Below are positions 25,427 to 35,378 of a DNA stretch of 64,000 nucleotides, piece by piece. Position 1 is the stretch's first letter, and every line of letters starts with the position of its first letter. The notes beneath the pieces are model-generated. The model made no database searches, was not told the origin of the DNA, and worked only from the letters and a program-made list of their open reading frames with translations. A program made the translations under genes and the position numbers. Source of the stretch: an uncultured Mageeibacillus sp. (lineage in GTDB: Bacteria; Bacillota; Clostridia; Saccharofermentanales; DTU023). The stretch is from positions 2,789 through 66,788 of the forward strand of contig CAZAKT010000005.1 of the NCBI GenBank assembly GCA_964486135.1, in the 5' to 3' direction.

Positions 25427-28400
25427 CTATTTCCCAGCCTGGTGTTGGCTGCAGTCGTGTGCCTCGTTCAAGAGCCAGGGGAAATCACTTGTGACCACCC
25501 CTATCACCGCCGCCATTTCGGCACCGGCCACTTGCTCAAGCTGGTCTTCGGCCAGTTCGCTGATCCGGCCGCGATCGTCCCGAATCCGGTAATCCCCGCC
25601 GGCCAGCTTGAGAAATCCCACATTCTCTGAATCGGCGAAGTCCTCCTCGCTCCAGAAGACAGTCAGCTTGTCCTTGTACGGTTTGCCGGCGTGTGGGCAG
25701 AAGCTGGCGCAGTTGCCACATTCGTTGCACATCCCGTCGATATGCAGGATCTGCTCGGAGTTCCCGAAACCGGCCACCGGGATGGCCACATTGGCCCGGT
25801 TGGGGCAGACTTCCGTGCAGATACGGCAAACCTGATCACAGATGAGGCAGCGGTGGCCTTCCTCCGAGGGCAGGCAACTGTACTCCATCTCCCCGCGCCG
25901 GCCAAGGATCAGCGCTTCATCGACAGGGACGGAGACCTGGACGAAATCATTTTCAAGTTTTTCCCTGGCCAGGATATCCAGGGCGGCTTTCTTGGCATCC
26001 CCCATGGCCGCGACAACGGTCGAAGGGCCCTTGCGGCAGTCGCCGACGACATAGACCCCATCGAGGGAGCTCTCCATGGCAGCGGACAGACGGGGGTCAC
26101 CGTAGCTGTCCAAATTCATGCCCAGCTTTTCAAACAGACCCTTGTCCACCCGGGCACCGGTAGCCCCGATGACCGTATCAAACTCCAGGGTCACCCGCTC
26201 ACCCATCCCCTGGCAGGACCGGCGTCCGGACTCATCGAAAGCGCCCAGCCGCTGCTTTTCACAGACCAGTTCTTTGCCGTCGTAGCTGACGGGAGCCAGG
26301 AGCTCCAGCCATTCGATCCCCTCTTCCATGGCACTGTCAAATTCGTCCTGGCTGGCTGGCGCGTACATCTCTGTCCTGCGATAGACGATGGCCACCTCCG
26401 GGTCACCCGGCAGGCGCTTGGCCAGACGGGCCGCGTCCATGGCCACGTCACCGGCCCCGATTACGGCAATGCGCTTGCCCAGGTCGGGGAGGCCGCCTTC
26501 CTTGGACTGGATGAGGAAGTCAAGGGCGTCCAGGACAGACCCGCCTCCTCCTTCAACGGGCACCCTGCCCTTGGCCCAGGCCCCTGTCGCGATGACGACA
26601 TAGTCATAGGTCTTCTTCAATTCACGAAGACTGAAATTGGGATCGGCCTTGAAGTGAAAATCGACGCCGACGGCCTTGACCAGCCTGAAGTCACGGTCGA
26701 TTTCATCTTCCGAGATACGGAAATTGGGAATGGCATAGCGGACAATCCCGTGTGAGGCGGCACGTTTCTCAAAGACATGGGTCTCAATCCCATTGCGTCG
26801 GAGATAGTAGGCGGCGGCCAGACCGCCGGGGCCTGCCCCGATGACAGCCACCTTCTTCCTGCTGCGGATTGGGGCGGCAGATGTCCCGTCAATCAAGGCA
26901 TCCTGCGCTTCGTCAGCCGCCTTCTTCTTGATATCCCGCATGTGGACGGACTCTTCATAATCGAGTCGGGTGCAATGCTCGCGGCAGGGTTGGGCGCAAA
27001 GGATACCGGTGATGGTCGGACAGGGGTTGTCGATGGCAATGACCCGCATGGCTTCATGGTACTCACCTCTGGCGACCAGGGTATTATATTCGGGTATCTG
27101 TTGTTCAATGGGACAGCCACCCTCCTTGCAGGGGGCCTTGTAACAATCAAAGAGGGGAAGCTCTGAATCCGTCTTCCTCGAGGCCACCTTCTCCCGCCAG
27201 CGCTTCTGGAGACGGGGATCGGCCAGGGTCTCTTCAGCCAGTTTTTCCAGTTTTTCGACATCGACCCTGCGGGCGCCCCCCAGGGAGGATTCCGTCTCGC
27301 GGGCCATCTGGAGGAAGCGCATGTAACCACCCGGCTTCAGCAGGGTCGTGGCCTGGGTGACCGGACCTATGCCGACCTCAAGCAGGTCCTTGAGGTTGAA
27401 GGCGTCGACACCCCCGGCGTAGGAAATGGGGAGCTTGCCATCGAAGGCCTTGGACAGCTTGACAGCCAGGCTTATGGTCAAAGGCATCAAGGACCGGCCT
27501 GACATATACATCTCCTCTGAGGGAACTTCTCCCCGGGTGACATCAACCGGGCAGGTGTTGGACAGCTTGACACCGAAGGCCAGCTTCTCTTTTTCCGCCA
27601 CAGCCAGCATGCGGGTGAAGATCCCCACCGCGTCCTCGTACTGGAGGTCCGCCAGGAAGTGCTTGTCGGGAAAGACAATGTAATCGTAGCCCAGGTCATC
27701 CAGGGTGGTCCGGACATAGTCATAGCCCAGCATGGTCGGATTGCATTTGACGAAGGTATGGACCCCTTTCTCCGTCAATAAATAAAAGGCGATCCGTTCA
27801 ATCTCGTCGGGTGGACAGCCGTGGAGTGTCGACAGGGTGGCCGAATGGCAGAGGGCAGGTGAGATGGATTCAATGACTGATCCATCCACTTTTTCAAAGA
27901 GTCCGGGATGCTCCCTCAAGAAGCTTATGGCCTCTTTGAAAGCCGGTGTTTCCGAGGCGTCCTTCAGGTCCTCGATAAAGGCATCCATCTTGGGGAGCTT
28001 GATGCCCTCAAGATCATAGCCCACGCTCATGTTGTAAGCGAAATCCTTGCCGTCCGACAGGCCGAACTCGACGGCCAGGACCTTGATGGCGACCCAGGCT
28101 TTGACATACTCGTCAAAGGCCTCCTGGACCGTCAATTCCGTCGACCATTCACAGTTGTAGCATTCATCTTCCGCATTGATGCAGGGTTTGGCGACGGCAT
28201 GGCGGATTTCCTCCCCATCCATCTTCTGGACGGTCTTCAGTTCAATGAAGCGGGCCCCCGCCAGATAGGAGACAAGGATATTCTGGGCCAGTTGTGAGTG
28301 GGGGCCAGCCGCCGGACCGACAGCCGACGCGATCCTGTCTCCGAAGGGAGTTTCAAACCGGTTTCCCGACCGGTTCTCATAGAATTTGCTCTTATCAAGT

Positions 28401-28486
28401 CCAAATACACGACCTTGCTTTTTATACTCGCTCAAACTCCATTCAATCAGATTGGCAAAACTGATGGGTCTCATGATATCGCTCAT
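25427..28486 (-). CDS. ygfK: YgfK-type Fe-S / FAD-NAD(P) oxidoreductase (putative selenate reductase subunit YgfK family)
   Basis: Track ORF extends to 28744. ATG 28486 (GGGGAGG RBS) gives MSDIMRPISFANLIEW..., 1019 aa (E. coli YgfK is about 1030 aa). Two Rossmann motifs (VIGAGPGGLAAA, VIGAGDVAMDAA) and C-terminal CxxCxxCxxxCP ferredoxin motifs. Confidence 0.85.
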   Translation of the reverse strand: MSDIMRPISFANLIEWSLSEYKKQGRVFGLDKSKFYENRSGNRFETPFGDRIASAVGPAAGPHSQLAQNILVSYLAGARFIELKTVQKMDGEEIRHAVAKPCINAEDECYNCEWSTELTVQEAFDEYVKAWVAIKVLAVEFGLSDGKDFAYNMSVGYDLEGIKLPKMDAFIEDLKDASETPAFKEAISFLREHPGLFEKVDGSVIESISPALCHSATLSTLHGCPPDEIERIAFYLLTEKGVHTFVKCNPTMLGYDYVRTTLDDLGYDYIVFPDKHFLADLQYEDAVGIFTRMLAVAEKEKLAFGVKLSNTCPVDVTRGEVPSEEMYMSGRSLMPLTISLAVKLSKAFDGKLPISYAGGVDAFNLKDLLEVGIGPVTQATTLLKPGGYMRFLQMARETESSLGGARRVDVEKLEKLAEETLADPRLQKRWREKVASRKTDSELPLFDCYKAPCKEGGCPIEQQIPEYNTLVARGEYHEAMRVIAIDNPCPTITGILCAQPCREHCTRLDYEESVHMRDIKKKAADEAQDALIDGTSAAPIRSRKKVAVIGAGPGGLAAAYYLRRNGIETHVFEKRAASHGIVRYAIPNFRISEDEIDRDFRLVKAVGVDFHFKADPNFSLRELKKTYDYVVIATGAWAKGRVPVEGGGGSVLDALDFLIQSKEGGLPDLGKRIAVIGAGDVAMDAARLAKRLPGDPEVAIVYRRTEMYAPASQDEFDSAMEEGIEWLELLAPVSYDGKELVCEKQRLGAFDESGRRSCQGMGERVTLEFDTVIGATGARVDKGLFEKLGMNLDSYGDPRLSAAMESSLDGVYVVGDCRKGPSTVVAAMGDAKKAALDILAREKLENDFVQVSVPVDEALILGRRGEMEYSCLPSEEGHRCLICDQVCRICTEVCPNRANVAIPVAGFGNSEQILHIDGMCNECGNCASFCPHAGKPYKDKLTVFWSEEDFADSENVGFLKLAGGDYRIRDDRGRISELAEDQLEQVAGAEMAAVIGVVTSDFPWLLNEAHDCSQHQAGK

Positions 28487-28619
28487 AGTCTTTGCAACCT
28501 CCCCTTCTTCTAAAGACTTAAAACCATCTAAATCCGTGACGCTTGTCCTTTTTCGGGCCGGCTTCCACCGGCAACCCCGCCCACAAATAAAGCTTTTCAT
28601 CTGTAGGGGGCTATCTAGT

Positions 28620-28644
28620 ATCTTACCAGTTTTCCCTATAGGAA
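28620..28644 (-). promoter_or_regulatory. Candidate ygfK-operon promoter (TGGTAAGAT extended -10) with adjacent near-palindrome TTCC(C)TATAGGAA
   Basis: Minus-strand TGGTAAGAT is at 28628-28620. The 13-bp near-palindrome at 28632-28644 occupies the spacer/-35 position. About 130 nt upstream of the ygfK ATG. Confidence 0.35.
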
Positions 28645-28852
28645 TTGAGGCTAAGCTCCCAAGTCGCCTTTGACCATGTCCAACAAAAATGAAAGGGGGA
28701 TCCCGCTTGTATTTATTCCTACAGCACAAGTATTGGCTCGACAAAAGGATTCCGGTTTTGTAATCTGTTGATGTCGGGCGGATGCAGATCTTGAATGATC
28801 AGGATTGGGAGCCGCCACTGAATCGTCACCTGCAAGGGGGATATAGAGGGCA

Positions 28853-30370
28853 ATGAAATACTATTTAGGATTTGACAGCGGCACCTACGAATCAAAGGGG
28901 GTAATCATTGACGATTCGGGTCAGGTGATCGCCAGGGCCCGGGCCAAACACGGGGTTATTATGCCAAAACCCGGTTTTGTGGAACACGACCCTATGGGAA
29001 CCTGGTATGAAGATTTTAAGAAAATTGTCCGGGACCTGCTCGACCAGGCAGCCATCTCAGCGAAAGAGATCGATTGTATCGGTATCAGCACTGTCATGGC
29101 GGGTGTCACCCCGATTGACAAAAAGGGTGACCCTCTGCGCAATGCCATTCTTTATGGCGTCGATTCGCGATCAGTCCCCCAGGCCGACAAATTGAATCGT
29201 GAGTTGGGTGAGGAAAAAATTAGAAGGCTTACCGGCCGCATATGTACGGTCGAAAGCTTCGGCCCCAAGATCATGTGGATCCGGGAAAATGAACCCGATA
29301 TCTTTAAACAGACTCACAAGTTCTCTTTTGATGCTGGATTTTTAGTTCAGAGATTGACCGGTGTCCACTGTGTCGATGCCTATTCCGCTGTATTTGCCGA
29401 GCCAATGATTGACGCTTCCGGACCTGGCTGGTATGAGCCTTATCTGGATTCAATCTGTTCGCTTGACCAATTGCCAGAAATACGCGGAACAACCGATGTT
29501 GTTGGGACTGTCACCAAGAAAGCGGCAGGGGAAACCGGTCTTGCCCAAGGCACGAAAGTCATTTGTGGAACAACGGATGCGGGTGCCGAAGCGGTCAGTG
29601 TCGGAGTCCTCAATGAGGGGGATCTGATGATTATGTACGGCTCCACTATGTTTTTTATAGTGCTTGCAGGCTCTCTTAATCTCAAGTCCAGGATGTGGAG
29701 TTCCTATTATCCCATCCCCGGCCTCTATTCAAGAACAGGGGGAATGGCAACGACTGGCTCCATCACCCGTTGGTTACGGGACCATTTCGCCCGCGATCTT
29801 CTCCTCAAGGAAGCTGAGGGTTTCAATGCCTACGATCTCCTTTTTGAAGAGATGAATGAATCCCCACCCGGCAGTAAAGGGCTTATCGTCCTCCCCTACT
29901 TTGCGGGAGAGCGTATGCCCATTCAAGATCCCGATGCCCGGGGCTTGATGATCGGCCTGACTCTCTCCCATACGCGTGGCGATGTGCTCAGGGCTATTTG
30001 TGAGGGAACGGCCTTTGGACTGAACCAGAATATGCGCCTGCTCAAGGACGAGGAGGTCACCATTAAACGCGCCATTGCCATTGGGGGAGGGGTTAAAAAC
30101 AGGGGCTGGCTCCAGATTGTGAGTGACGTTTTGGATATTCCCCAGGTGATTCCAAGGATCACAGATGGGGCCTCCTACGGCAACGCCCTCCTGGCGGCTC
30201 TCGCCGTGGGGACCATCTCGAAGGAAGATTTGAAGGACATCATCACTTACGAGGATACTGTCCTGCCTGACAGCGGCTCGCATCAAGACTATAAGGCCTA
30301 CCAGCAACTCTTCGACCAACTTTACCCTGCCAATAAGGATGCCATGCACCGGCTCGCCTCCTTGGGTTAG
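28853..30370 (+). CDS. FGGY-family carbohydrate kinase (xylulokinase-like)
   Basis: 505 aa; MKYYLGFDSGTYESKG N-terminal actin-fold motif and FGGY C-terminal blocks (AIGGGVKN). Confidence 0.9.
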   Translation: MKYYLGFDSGTYESKGVIIDDSGQVIARARAKHGVIMPKPGFVEHDPMGTWYEDFKKIVRDLLDQAAISAKEIDCIGISTVMAGVTPIDKKGDPLRNAILYGVDSRSVPQADKLNRELGEEKIRRLTGRICTVESFGPKIMWIRENEPDIFKQTHKFSFDAGFLVQRLTGVHCVDAYSAVFAEPMIDASGPGWYEPYLDSICSLDQLPEIRGTTDVVGTVTKKAAGETGLAQGTKVICGTTDAGAEAVSVGVLNEGDLMIMYGSTMFFIVLAGSLNLKSRMWSSYYPIPGLYSRTGGMATTGSITRWLRDHFARDLLLKEAEGFNAYDLLFEEMNESPPGSKGLIVLPYFAGERMPIQDPDARGLMIGLTLSHTRGDVLRAICEGTAFGLNQNMRLLKDEEVTIKRAIAIGGGVKNRGWLQIVSDVLDIPQVIPRITDGASYGNALLAALAVGTISKEDLKDIITYEDTVLPDSGSHQDYKAYQQLFDQLYPANKDAMHRLASLG

Positions 30371-30414
30371 ACATAACTGGACAGGTCTTGCCTGGCAAGC
30401 TGAGGACAAATGAC

Positions 30415-30451
30415 AAATACCGGGATATCTTATGGATAATCCCGGTATTTT
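30415..30451. terminator. Bidirectional terminator between convergent FGGY kinase and oxidoreductase genes
   Basis: AAATACCGGG...CCCGGTATTT long hairpin (10 outer bp plus 4 inner), flanked by an A-run and a T-run. Confidence 0.7.
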
Positions 30452-30479
30452 GAGGGGCAGGAATCTTCTTATGGCAGGA

Positions 30480-31496
30480 CTATTGAATCGGCAGGGGCTG
30501 TTGGGTAATCGCTGATTCAACCAGTGTGTCAATTAAGGTAATCACCTGCAGGCTCTCCTCCAAGGTGATAATCTCGGGCTTGCGCCCCGTCTTCAGGCAG
30601 TCCACAAAGTATTTGAGTTGCCGGGCATAGGCATCGTAGTCTTCGACCAGGATTTCTTCCAGCCCCTGATCCTTCCGCCAAATTTTGAAAGAGGACGAAG
30701 CCCCCGCCCTGTCAGCAATTGTTATACCAGCCCTGAAGGAATACTCCACCGTCATCTTGGTTCCTATTATGGAAACGGAGAAGCTAAAGGGGTAGTCCGT
30801 CTGCATATTGAATGACACTTCAGCGATGGCGTGTGTTCCATCTGTATGCACGACATTCGCAATCACGTTATTATAGCAGCCTGTATCATCTTTGACCGCA
30901 TGAGCATAACAGGACTTGAAGGGCCCAAAGAGGTATCTGAGGTAGTCTATGTCGTGAACCAACATATCGCCCATTGCCCCTCCGCCCAAGTCAGGATCAA
31001 AGAGCCAGCTGCTGTATTCGCCGGACCTGGAGGACACCCGGCGAAAATTCGCCATTAAAACTTCCCCCATTTGCCCCGATTGGTAAAGTTCCTTGATCTG
31101 GACGTAACCTGGCCAAAACCTTACGACTTGCGCGGTCATAACCGTAATGCCATATTGATCGGCGTAAGCGATCAGTCTTTGACAGGCCTCCCGTGACCGC
31201 TCCAGCGGTTTTTCACATAGGACATGCACTCCCGCCTTGCCGCAGAGCTCCACCATATCAGCATGCAGGAAGGTTGGCACACAGACTATGGCAAAATCCG
31301 GAGCGCACTTGTCCAGCAAATCACCAGCATCCGTATAATGCCCGACACCATAGTGGGCACCCAGTTCTTCCGCCTTTTTACCGTCAACATCACAGACGCC
31401 GACAAGTTCAACCTGGTCACACTGCCTGACCGCTTCCGCCTGGCTTTTTGCAATCAAACCGCATCCAATGATTACTGTTCGCATCTTGCTCTTCAT
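30480..31496 (-). CDS. Gfo/Idh/MocA family NAD(P)-dependent oxidoreductase
   Basis: 338 aa; N-terminal Rossmann VIIGCGLIA, EKP motif (VLCEKPL). Confidence 0.85.
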   Translation of the reverse strand: MKSKMRTVIIGCGLIAKSQAEAVRQCDQVELVGVCDVDGKKAEELGAHYGVGHYTDAGDLLDKCAPDFAIVCVPTFLHADMVELCGKAGVHVLCEKPLERSREACQRLIAYADQYGITVMTAQVVRFWPGYVQIKELYQSGQMGEVLMANFRRVSSRSGEYSSWLFDPDLGGGAMGDMLVHDIDYLRYLFGPFKSCYAHAVKDDTGCYNNVIANVVHTDGTHAIAEVSFNMQTDYPFSFSVSIIGTKMTVEYSFRAGITIADRAGASSSFKIWRKDQGLEEILVEDYDAYARQLKYFVDCLKTGRKPEIITLEESLQVITLIDTLVESAITQQPLPIQ

Positions 31497-31499
31497 ATC

Positions 31500-32453
31500 T
31501 TAAGTTCTTACCCCCTTCTTGCTTAAGCTGTCAAAGGCGATGGCGCCGGCCAGGACGAGACCTTTAATGATCATCTGATAATATTCGCTGATGTTGAGGA
31601 TAAGGAGTCCGTTGCTGAGCACACCCGTGATCAGCGCTCCGATAAGGGCCCCGAATATTTTCCCTGATCCTCCCGTTATGCTGATCCCTCCCAGGACCGC
31701 TGCTGTCAAAACATCCATTTCAAAGCCTGTTCCCACCACAGGGCTACCCGAATTTATCCGACCCATCATAATGATTCCGGCCAGGCCACTCAAAAGGCCG
31801 CATAGGGTGAAGGCGGTCAGCTTGACCTTCTTGGTCTTGATACCCGAAAGCCTTGCGACCTCTTCGTTACTGCCAATGGCGTAAAAATGTCTCCCCAAAT
31901 AGGTCTTTCCCAGAACCAGGGTACCGGCTGTCGCAACTATGATCGCGATATAGACGGGGATGGGTACCGAAAAGAGCCAGCCCTGTCCAAGGAATTTGAC
32001 GCTGTCGGGCAAACCGTAGATATTCCTCCCCTTGGATATCAGAAAGGCCAAACCCCTCAAAATCTGTTGCATAGCCAGGGTCGCGATCATGGCGGGCACC
32101 CCTGTAGAGGCAATGAAAGCTCCATTGAGAAACCCGACCAGGGTCGCAAGCGCGACACCGATCAAGCAGGAAAGAAGGGGGTTGATTCCAACGATTGACA
32201 TAAGCGAGGCGGAAACAACACTGACAAATGAGATCAGGGCACCGACCGACAAATCAATGCCGCCGGAAATAAGCACAAATGCCATACCGATTGTCACAAC
32301 TACCAGCATCGATATTTGTCTTAAAATATTAATGATATTGGTATAGGTCATAAATACCTTGCTGCCAAAAGTAAAGACAAGTATCAGGACGATCAAGATG
32401 GCGACTATGCCGAATTTTCTGAAAAAATCAATTTTTCTATCTTTGGAATTCAT
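31500..32453 (-). CDS. Sugar ABC transporter permease (RbsC/monosaccharide type)
   Basis: 317 aa; about 9 TM; BPD_transp_2-type sequence (GGIDLSVGA, FIASTGVPAMIATLAM). Confidence 0.9.
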   Translation of the reverse strand: MNSKDRKIDFFRKFGIVAILIVLILVFTFGSKVFMTYTNIINILRQISMLVVVTIGMAFVLISGGIDLSVGALISFVSVVSASLMSIVGINPLLSCLIGVALATLVGFLNGAFIASTGVPAMIATLAMQQILRGLAFLISKGRNIYGLPDSVKFLGQGWLFSVPIPVYIAIIVATAGTLVLGKTYLGRHFYAIGSNEEVARLSGIKTKKVKLTAFTLCGLLSGLAGIIMMGRINSGSPVVGTGFEMDVLTAAVLGGISITGGSGKIFGALIGALITGVLSNGLLILNISEYYQMIIKGLVLAGAIAFDSLSKKGVRT

Positions 32454-33941
32454 TTATTTATCTCCGGAAGCGTAGTTGAGTATGACTTCTTTTTCAAACT
32501 CATTCTTATCCAGCTCGGTCACTACCCTGCCCTCGGACAATATGACCAAGCGATCAGCCAGGGCAATCATCTCATCAATCTCTGAGGTGATCAGCAAAAT
32601 CGCCGTTCCATTTCCAGCCAGTTCGTCGATCAGGGCGTAAATCTCTCTTTTCGCGCCAACGTCGATACCCCTTGTGGGCTCGTCCATGATAATCAGCTTG
32701 GGCTTGACCGCCAAGCCCTTGGAAACAACTACTTTTTGTTGGTTCCCGCCGCTCAGGGTAGCCACTTCCTGGTTCATATGATTGAGCTTGATATTGAGCC
32801 TTTCAATCATACGGCCCACTATTTCTGTCTCTTCATGATTCTTGACAAAGAGCCATTTCCTTATTTCCGAGAGGATGGATAAGGTCGTGTTCCATTTTAC
32901 GGGCAGACTGGTGATGGCCCCCTGGTTCTTCCTGTCTTCAGGGATTAAAATGACCCCGTTCTTGATAGCCTCGGCAGGATGATGGAATCGCATATCCTGA
33001 CCATTCAGGGTTATTTTTCCGGATATTATCCTGTCAGCCCCGAATATGGCTCTGGCGATCTCAGTCCGCTTTGACCCGACCAGGCCCTCCAAACCAACAA
33101 CTTCACCCGCCCGCACTGTGAAGCTTATATCTTTGAAGCTTGTTCCGGTAAGGCCCTGCACCTCAAGAACCGGTTCCTGGGCCGTCCTCGATGTAATATG
33201 TATATCCTCGGCCCCGCTCTTATCATTGATCATCAGCGAGATCAGTTCTTTCCGATTGGTTGCTTTGGTATCCAGGGTCGCAATTTTGTAGCCATCCCTT
33301 AAGACCGTAACCCGGTCCGAGATACCGAAAATCTCCTCCAAACGATGGGAGATATAGATAATTGATACACCCCGTGCCTTCAATTCCCCGATAATCCGGA
33401 ATAAAATCTCCACCTCAGTGTCACTTAAGGCCGCTGTCGGTTCGTCAAGGATGAGCAATTTCACTTCCTGGCTCAGGGCCTTGGCAATTTCAACAATCTG
33501 CATATAGGCAACTGACAGGTCACGGACTTGCTGGTGGGAAGACAGGCCGAGGTCGAAGACATCAATTATTTCCTGAGCCTTCTTCTCAATTTTCTTTCTG
33601 TTGAAAATTCCAAGCTTACCTTCTTGCTGTCCCAGAAAAATGTTCTCCCCGATTGTGAAGTTGAGGATCAGCATCAATTCCTGATAGATTATTTTTATCC
33701 CCAGATCCGCAGAGAATTTCGGGTTCATATAGGTGTACGAGGAACCTTCGAACTCAATTTCCCCGCTGGTCATCTGCGTCGCACCTGAAATAATCTTGAC
33801 CAAGGTTGATTTTCCCGCGCCGTTTGCCCCGACTAAGGCATGGACTTCCCCTTGGCGGACATCAAAATCCACGTCATTCAGGACGGGAACGCCGGAATAG
33901 GATTTGTTGATCTTGGTGAGCCGCAATATTTCTTTGTTCAT
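32454..33941 (-). CDS. Sugar ABC transporter ATP-binding protein (duplicated ABC domains, RbsA-like)
   Basis: 495 aa; Walker A GANGAGKST, signatures LSVAYMQ and LSGGNQQK, two Walker B motifs (LLILDEPT, LIIMDEPT). Confidence 0.9.
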   Translation of the reverse strand: MNKEILRLTKINKSYSGVPVLNDVDFDVRQGEVHALVGANGAGKSTLVKIISGATQMTSGEIEFEGSSYTYMNPKFSADLGIKIIYQELMLILNFTIGENIFLGQQEGKLGIFNRKKIEKKAQEIIDVFDLGLSSHQQVRDLSVAYMQIVEIAKALSQEVKLLILDEPTAALSDTEVEILFRIIGELKARGVSIIYISHRLEEIFGISDRVTVLRDGYKIATLDTKATNRKELISLMINDKSGAEDIHITSRTAQEPVLEVQGLTGTSFKDISFTVRAGEVVGLEGLVGSKRTEIARAIFGADRIISGKITLNGQDMRFHHPAEAIKNGVILIPEDRKNQGAITSLPVKWNTTLSILSEIRKWLFVKNHEETEIVGRMIERLNIKLNHMNQEVATLSGGNQQKVVVSKGLAVKPKLIIMDEPTRGIDVGAKREIYALIDELAGNGTAILLITSEIDEMIALADRLVILSEGRVVTELDKNEFEKEVILNYASGDK

Positions 33942-33965
33942 TCATCAACCTTACAATAATTTGCC

Positions 33966-33993
33966 GCTGGGGCTCACCAAGGTGAGCCCCAGC
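33966..33993 (-). other. Intercistronic GC-rich stem-loop after the binding-protein gene
   Basis: GCTGGGGCTCACC/GGTGAGCCCCAGC near-perfect inverted repeat without a U-tract. Placement is typical of mRNA-stabilising hairpins after ABC binding-protein genes. Confidence 0.5.
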
Positions 33994-34022
33994 TGAATGT
34001 CAGATGACAATTTTAATGTCGA

Positions 34023-35057
34023 CTACTCCATAAATTCTTCGGCATTCTTTTCGGTAATCTGAATTTGAGGGAAGAAGGTCATACGCTCGACCGGATTGTC
34101 CTTTATCAGATCATAGGCCGCCTGCACCATCTGCTCACCAATCGCGTTGAGATCCAGATGAATGGTCGATCTGTAGATCGTGCCCTTGGAAATCAAGTCA
34201 ATTGCTTCCGGAAGGGCGTCAACAGCGAACAGGCCAATATCATCGCCGATCATACCGGCAGCGACAAATGATTCGTAGATGCCGAGGATACCCGCATCAT
34301 CAATACCGATTACAACCTTCATGTTGGGATGGGCCTGGGCGAAGACTTCGCCAACCTCAATACCCTCATTCTGGTAACCGGCCTGGGCAATGGCCACAAT
34401 CTCAGCATAAGGCGCGATCTTGGCCAACTCTTCGGTAATGCCTTCTTCTCTATCAAGGCAGACCTGGTTCAAGGGGTAGTTTGCTACACCAACCTCAACC
34501 CGCTCCGCGCCGGGGAAGACTTCTTCCATCCAGGCCGTCGCGTGTCTGGCCAGGGTTCTTCCAATCTCAACATTGTCAAGTCCAAAGTAGGCGTCACCAT
34601 TCTCGAGGAGCGTATCAAAATCGATGACGAACATCCCTTGTTCTTTGGCCTCATCAAGGATATCCTTGGCTGATTCATTGTCAAAAGCATGAATGATGAT
34701 GCCGTCATATTTTGCATTGACGAAATTCTCAACGGCCTCCCTCTGTTTCAGGGGGTCAGCCTTCGCATCCGTCATAACCAGCGTAATGCCGAGGGTCTCA
34801 GCCTTCGCGACCATGTAGTTGTACATGTTGGCGTGGGCAGGGTTTGAAATATCCTGGAAAGACACTCCAACCGTATATTCTCCCTTTGGCTCCGGCTCGT
34901 CTTCTGATTCAACCGGTTCGTCCCCATTTTCACTTGTAGCCGGTTCCGTTTCAACCGGTTCCTCGCCCTTGTCGCAGGCTACCAATGTAAACATAAACAT
35001 GAATACAAGTAGCAGGGCAAGGATACCCGTAATGGTTTTTTGTTTGCTTCTTCTCAT
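34023..35057 (-). CDS. Sugar ABC transporter substrate-binding lipoprotein (PBP type I, RbsB-like)
   Basis: ATG 35057 (AAAGGAAG RBS) gives MRRSKQKTITGILALLLVFMFMFTLVAC-D (lipobox); 344 aa; Glu/Pro-rich linker, then a periplasmic-binding fold. Confidence 0.9.
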   Translation of the reverse strand: MRRSKQKTITGILALLLVFMFMFTLVACDKGEEPVETEPATSENGDEPVESEDEPEPKGEYTVGVSFQDISNPAHANMYNYMVAKAETLGITLVMTDAKADPLKQREAVENFVNAKYDGIIIHAFDNESAKDILDEAKEQGMFVIDFDTLLENGDAYFGLDNVEIGRTLARHATAWMEEVFPGAERVEVGVANYPLNQVCLDREEGITEELAKIAPYAEIVAIAQAGYQNEGIEVGEVFAQAHPNMKVVIGIDDAGILGIYESFVAAGMIGDDIGLFAVDALPEAIDLISKGTIYRSTIHLDLNAIGEQMVQAAYDLIKDNPVERMTFFPQIQITEKNAEEFME

Positions 35058-35264
35058 TGCTTCTTCCTTTCGTAGAATTAATCGTGCCTTTCTGGTAATC
35101 AAGTCAACTGTCCATTCGGGCCGGATCGGAAGATAATAGACGTCAAGCCCCGCCGCTGGCCATTATTCTCCTTTACTCGCCTGCCTTTTGGGATTTTTCA
35201 AACATTTCCATCTCATCCGGGCGAATGGTACGACAATCCATTATCTACATTAAACCCCCTCTCA

Positions 35265-35293
35265 TGTCAACAGTTCTTCTGACATTGTCAACA
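35265..35293. repeat. Operator-like repeats in the ABC-operon promoter region
   Basis: Plus-strand TGTCAACA occurs twice (35265-35272, 35286-35293) with TGACA (35280-35284), forming TGTCA-N10-TGACA and TGACA-T-TGTCA inverted repeats. On the minus strand each repeat contains TTGACA. Confidence 0.35.
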
Positions 35294-35378
35294 AAATCAA
35301 AAGGTCAGATCGTCCGATTTTCCCCAAAACCAGGCCTGAATTTTCGTCATTTAGAGAAGTATGGTTTCCAGCCCGGAA

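Noticed and set aside
25691-26755. 354-aa plus-strand ORF
   Set aside because: Antisense to ygfK, whose Rossmann and ferredoxin motifs identify the true frame. No RBS and low-complexity composition.
28487-28744. N-terminal extensions of track ORFs (ygfK to 28744; also serS to 3751, zinc-ribbon to 8350, XRE to 12377, SBP to 35102, PLP enzyme to 41986, GT2 from 42916, RR to 45126, pdxS to 49978, isomerase from 54605)
   Set aside because: Internal ATG/TTG codons with proper SD spacing give N-termini that match family norms. The extensions overlap promoters or upstream genes.
28487-28852. Purine/xanthine riboswitch or sigma-54 promoter upstream of ygfK
   Set aside because: No TATGG...GTTTCTACC...CCGTAAAT...GACTA purine-aptamer blocks, and no TGGCAC-N5-TTGCA element on the relevant strand. 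Only a GC-rich hairpin and an extended -10 are present.
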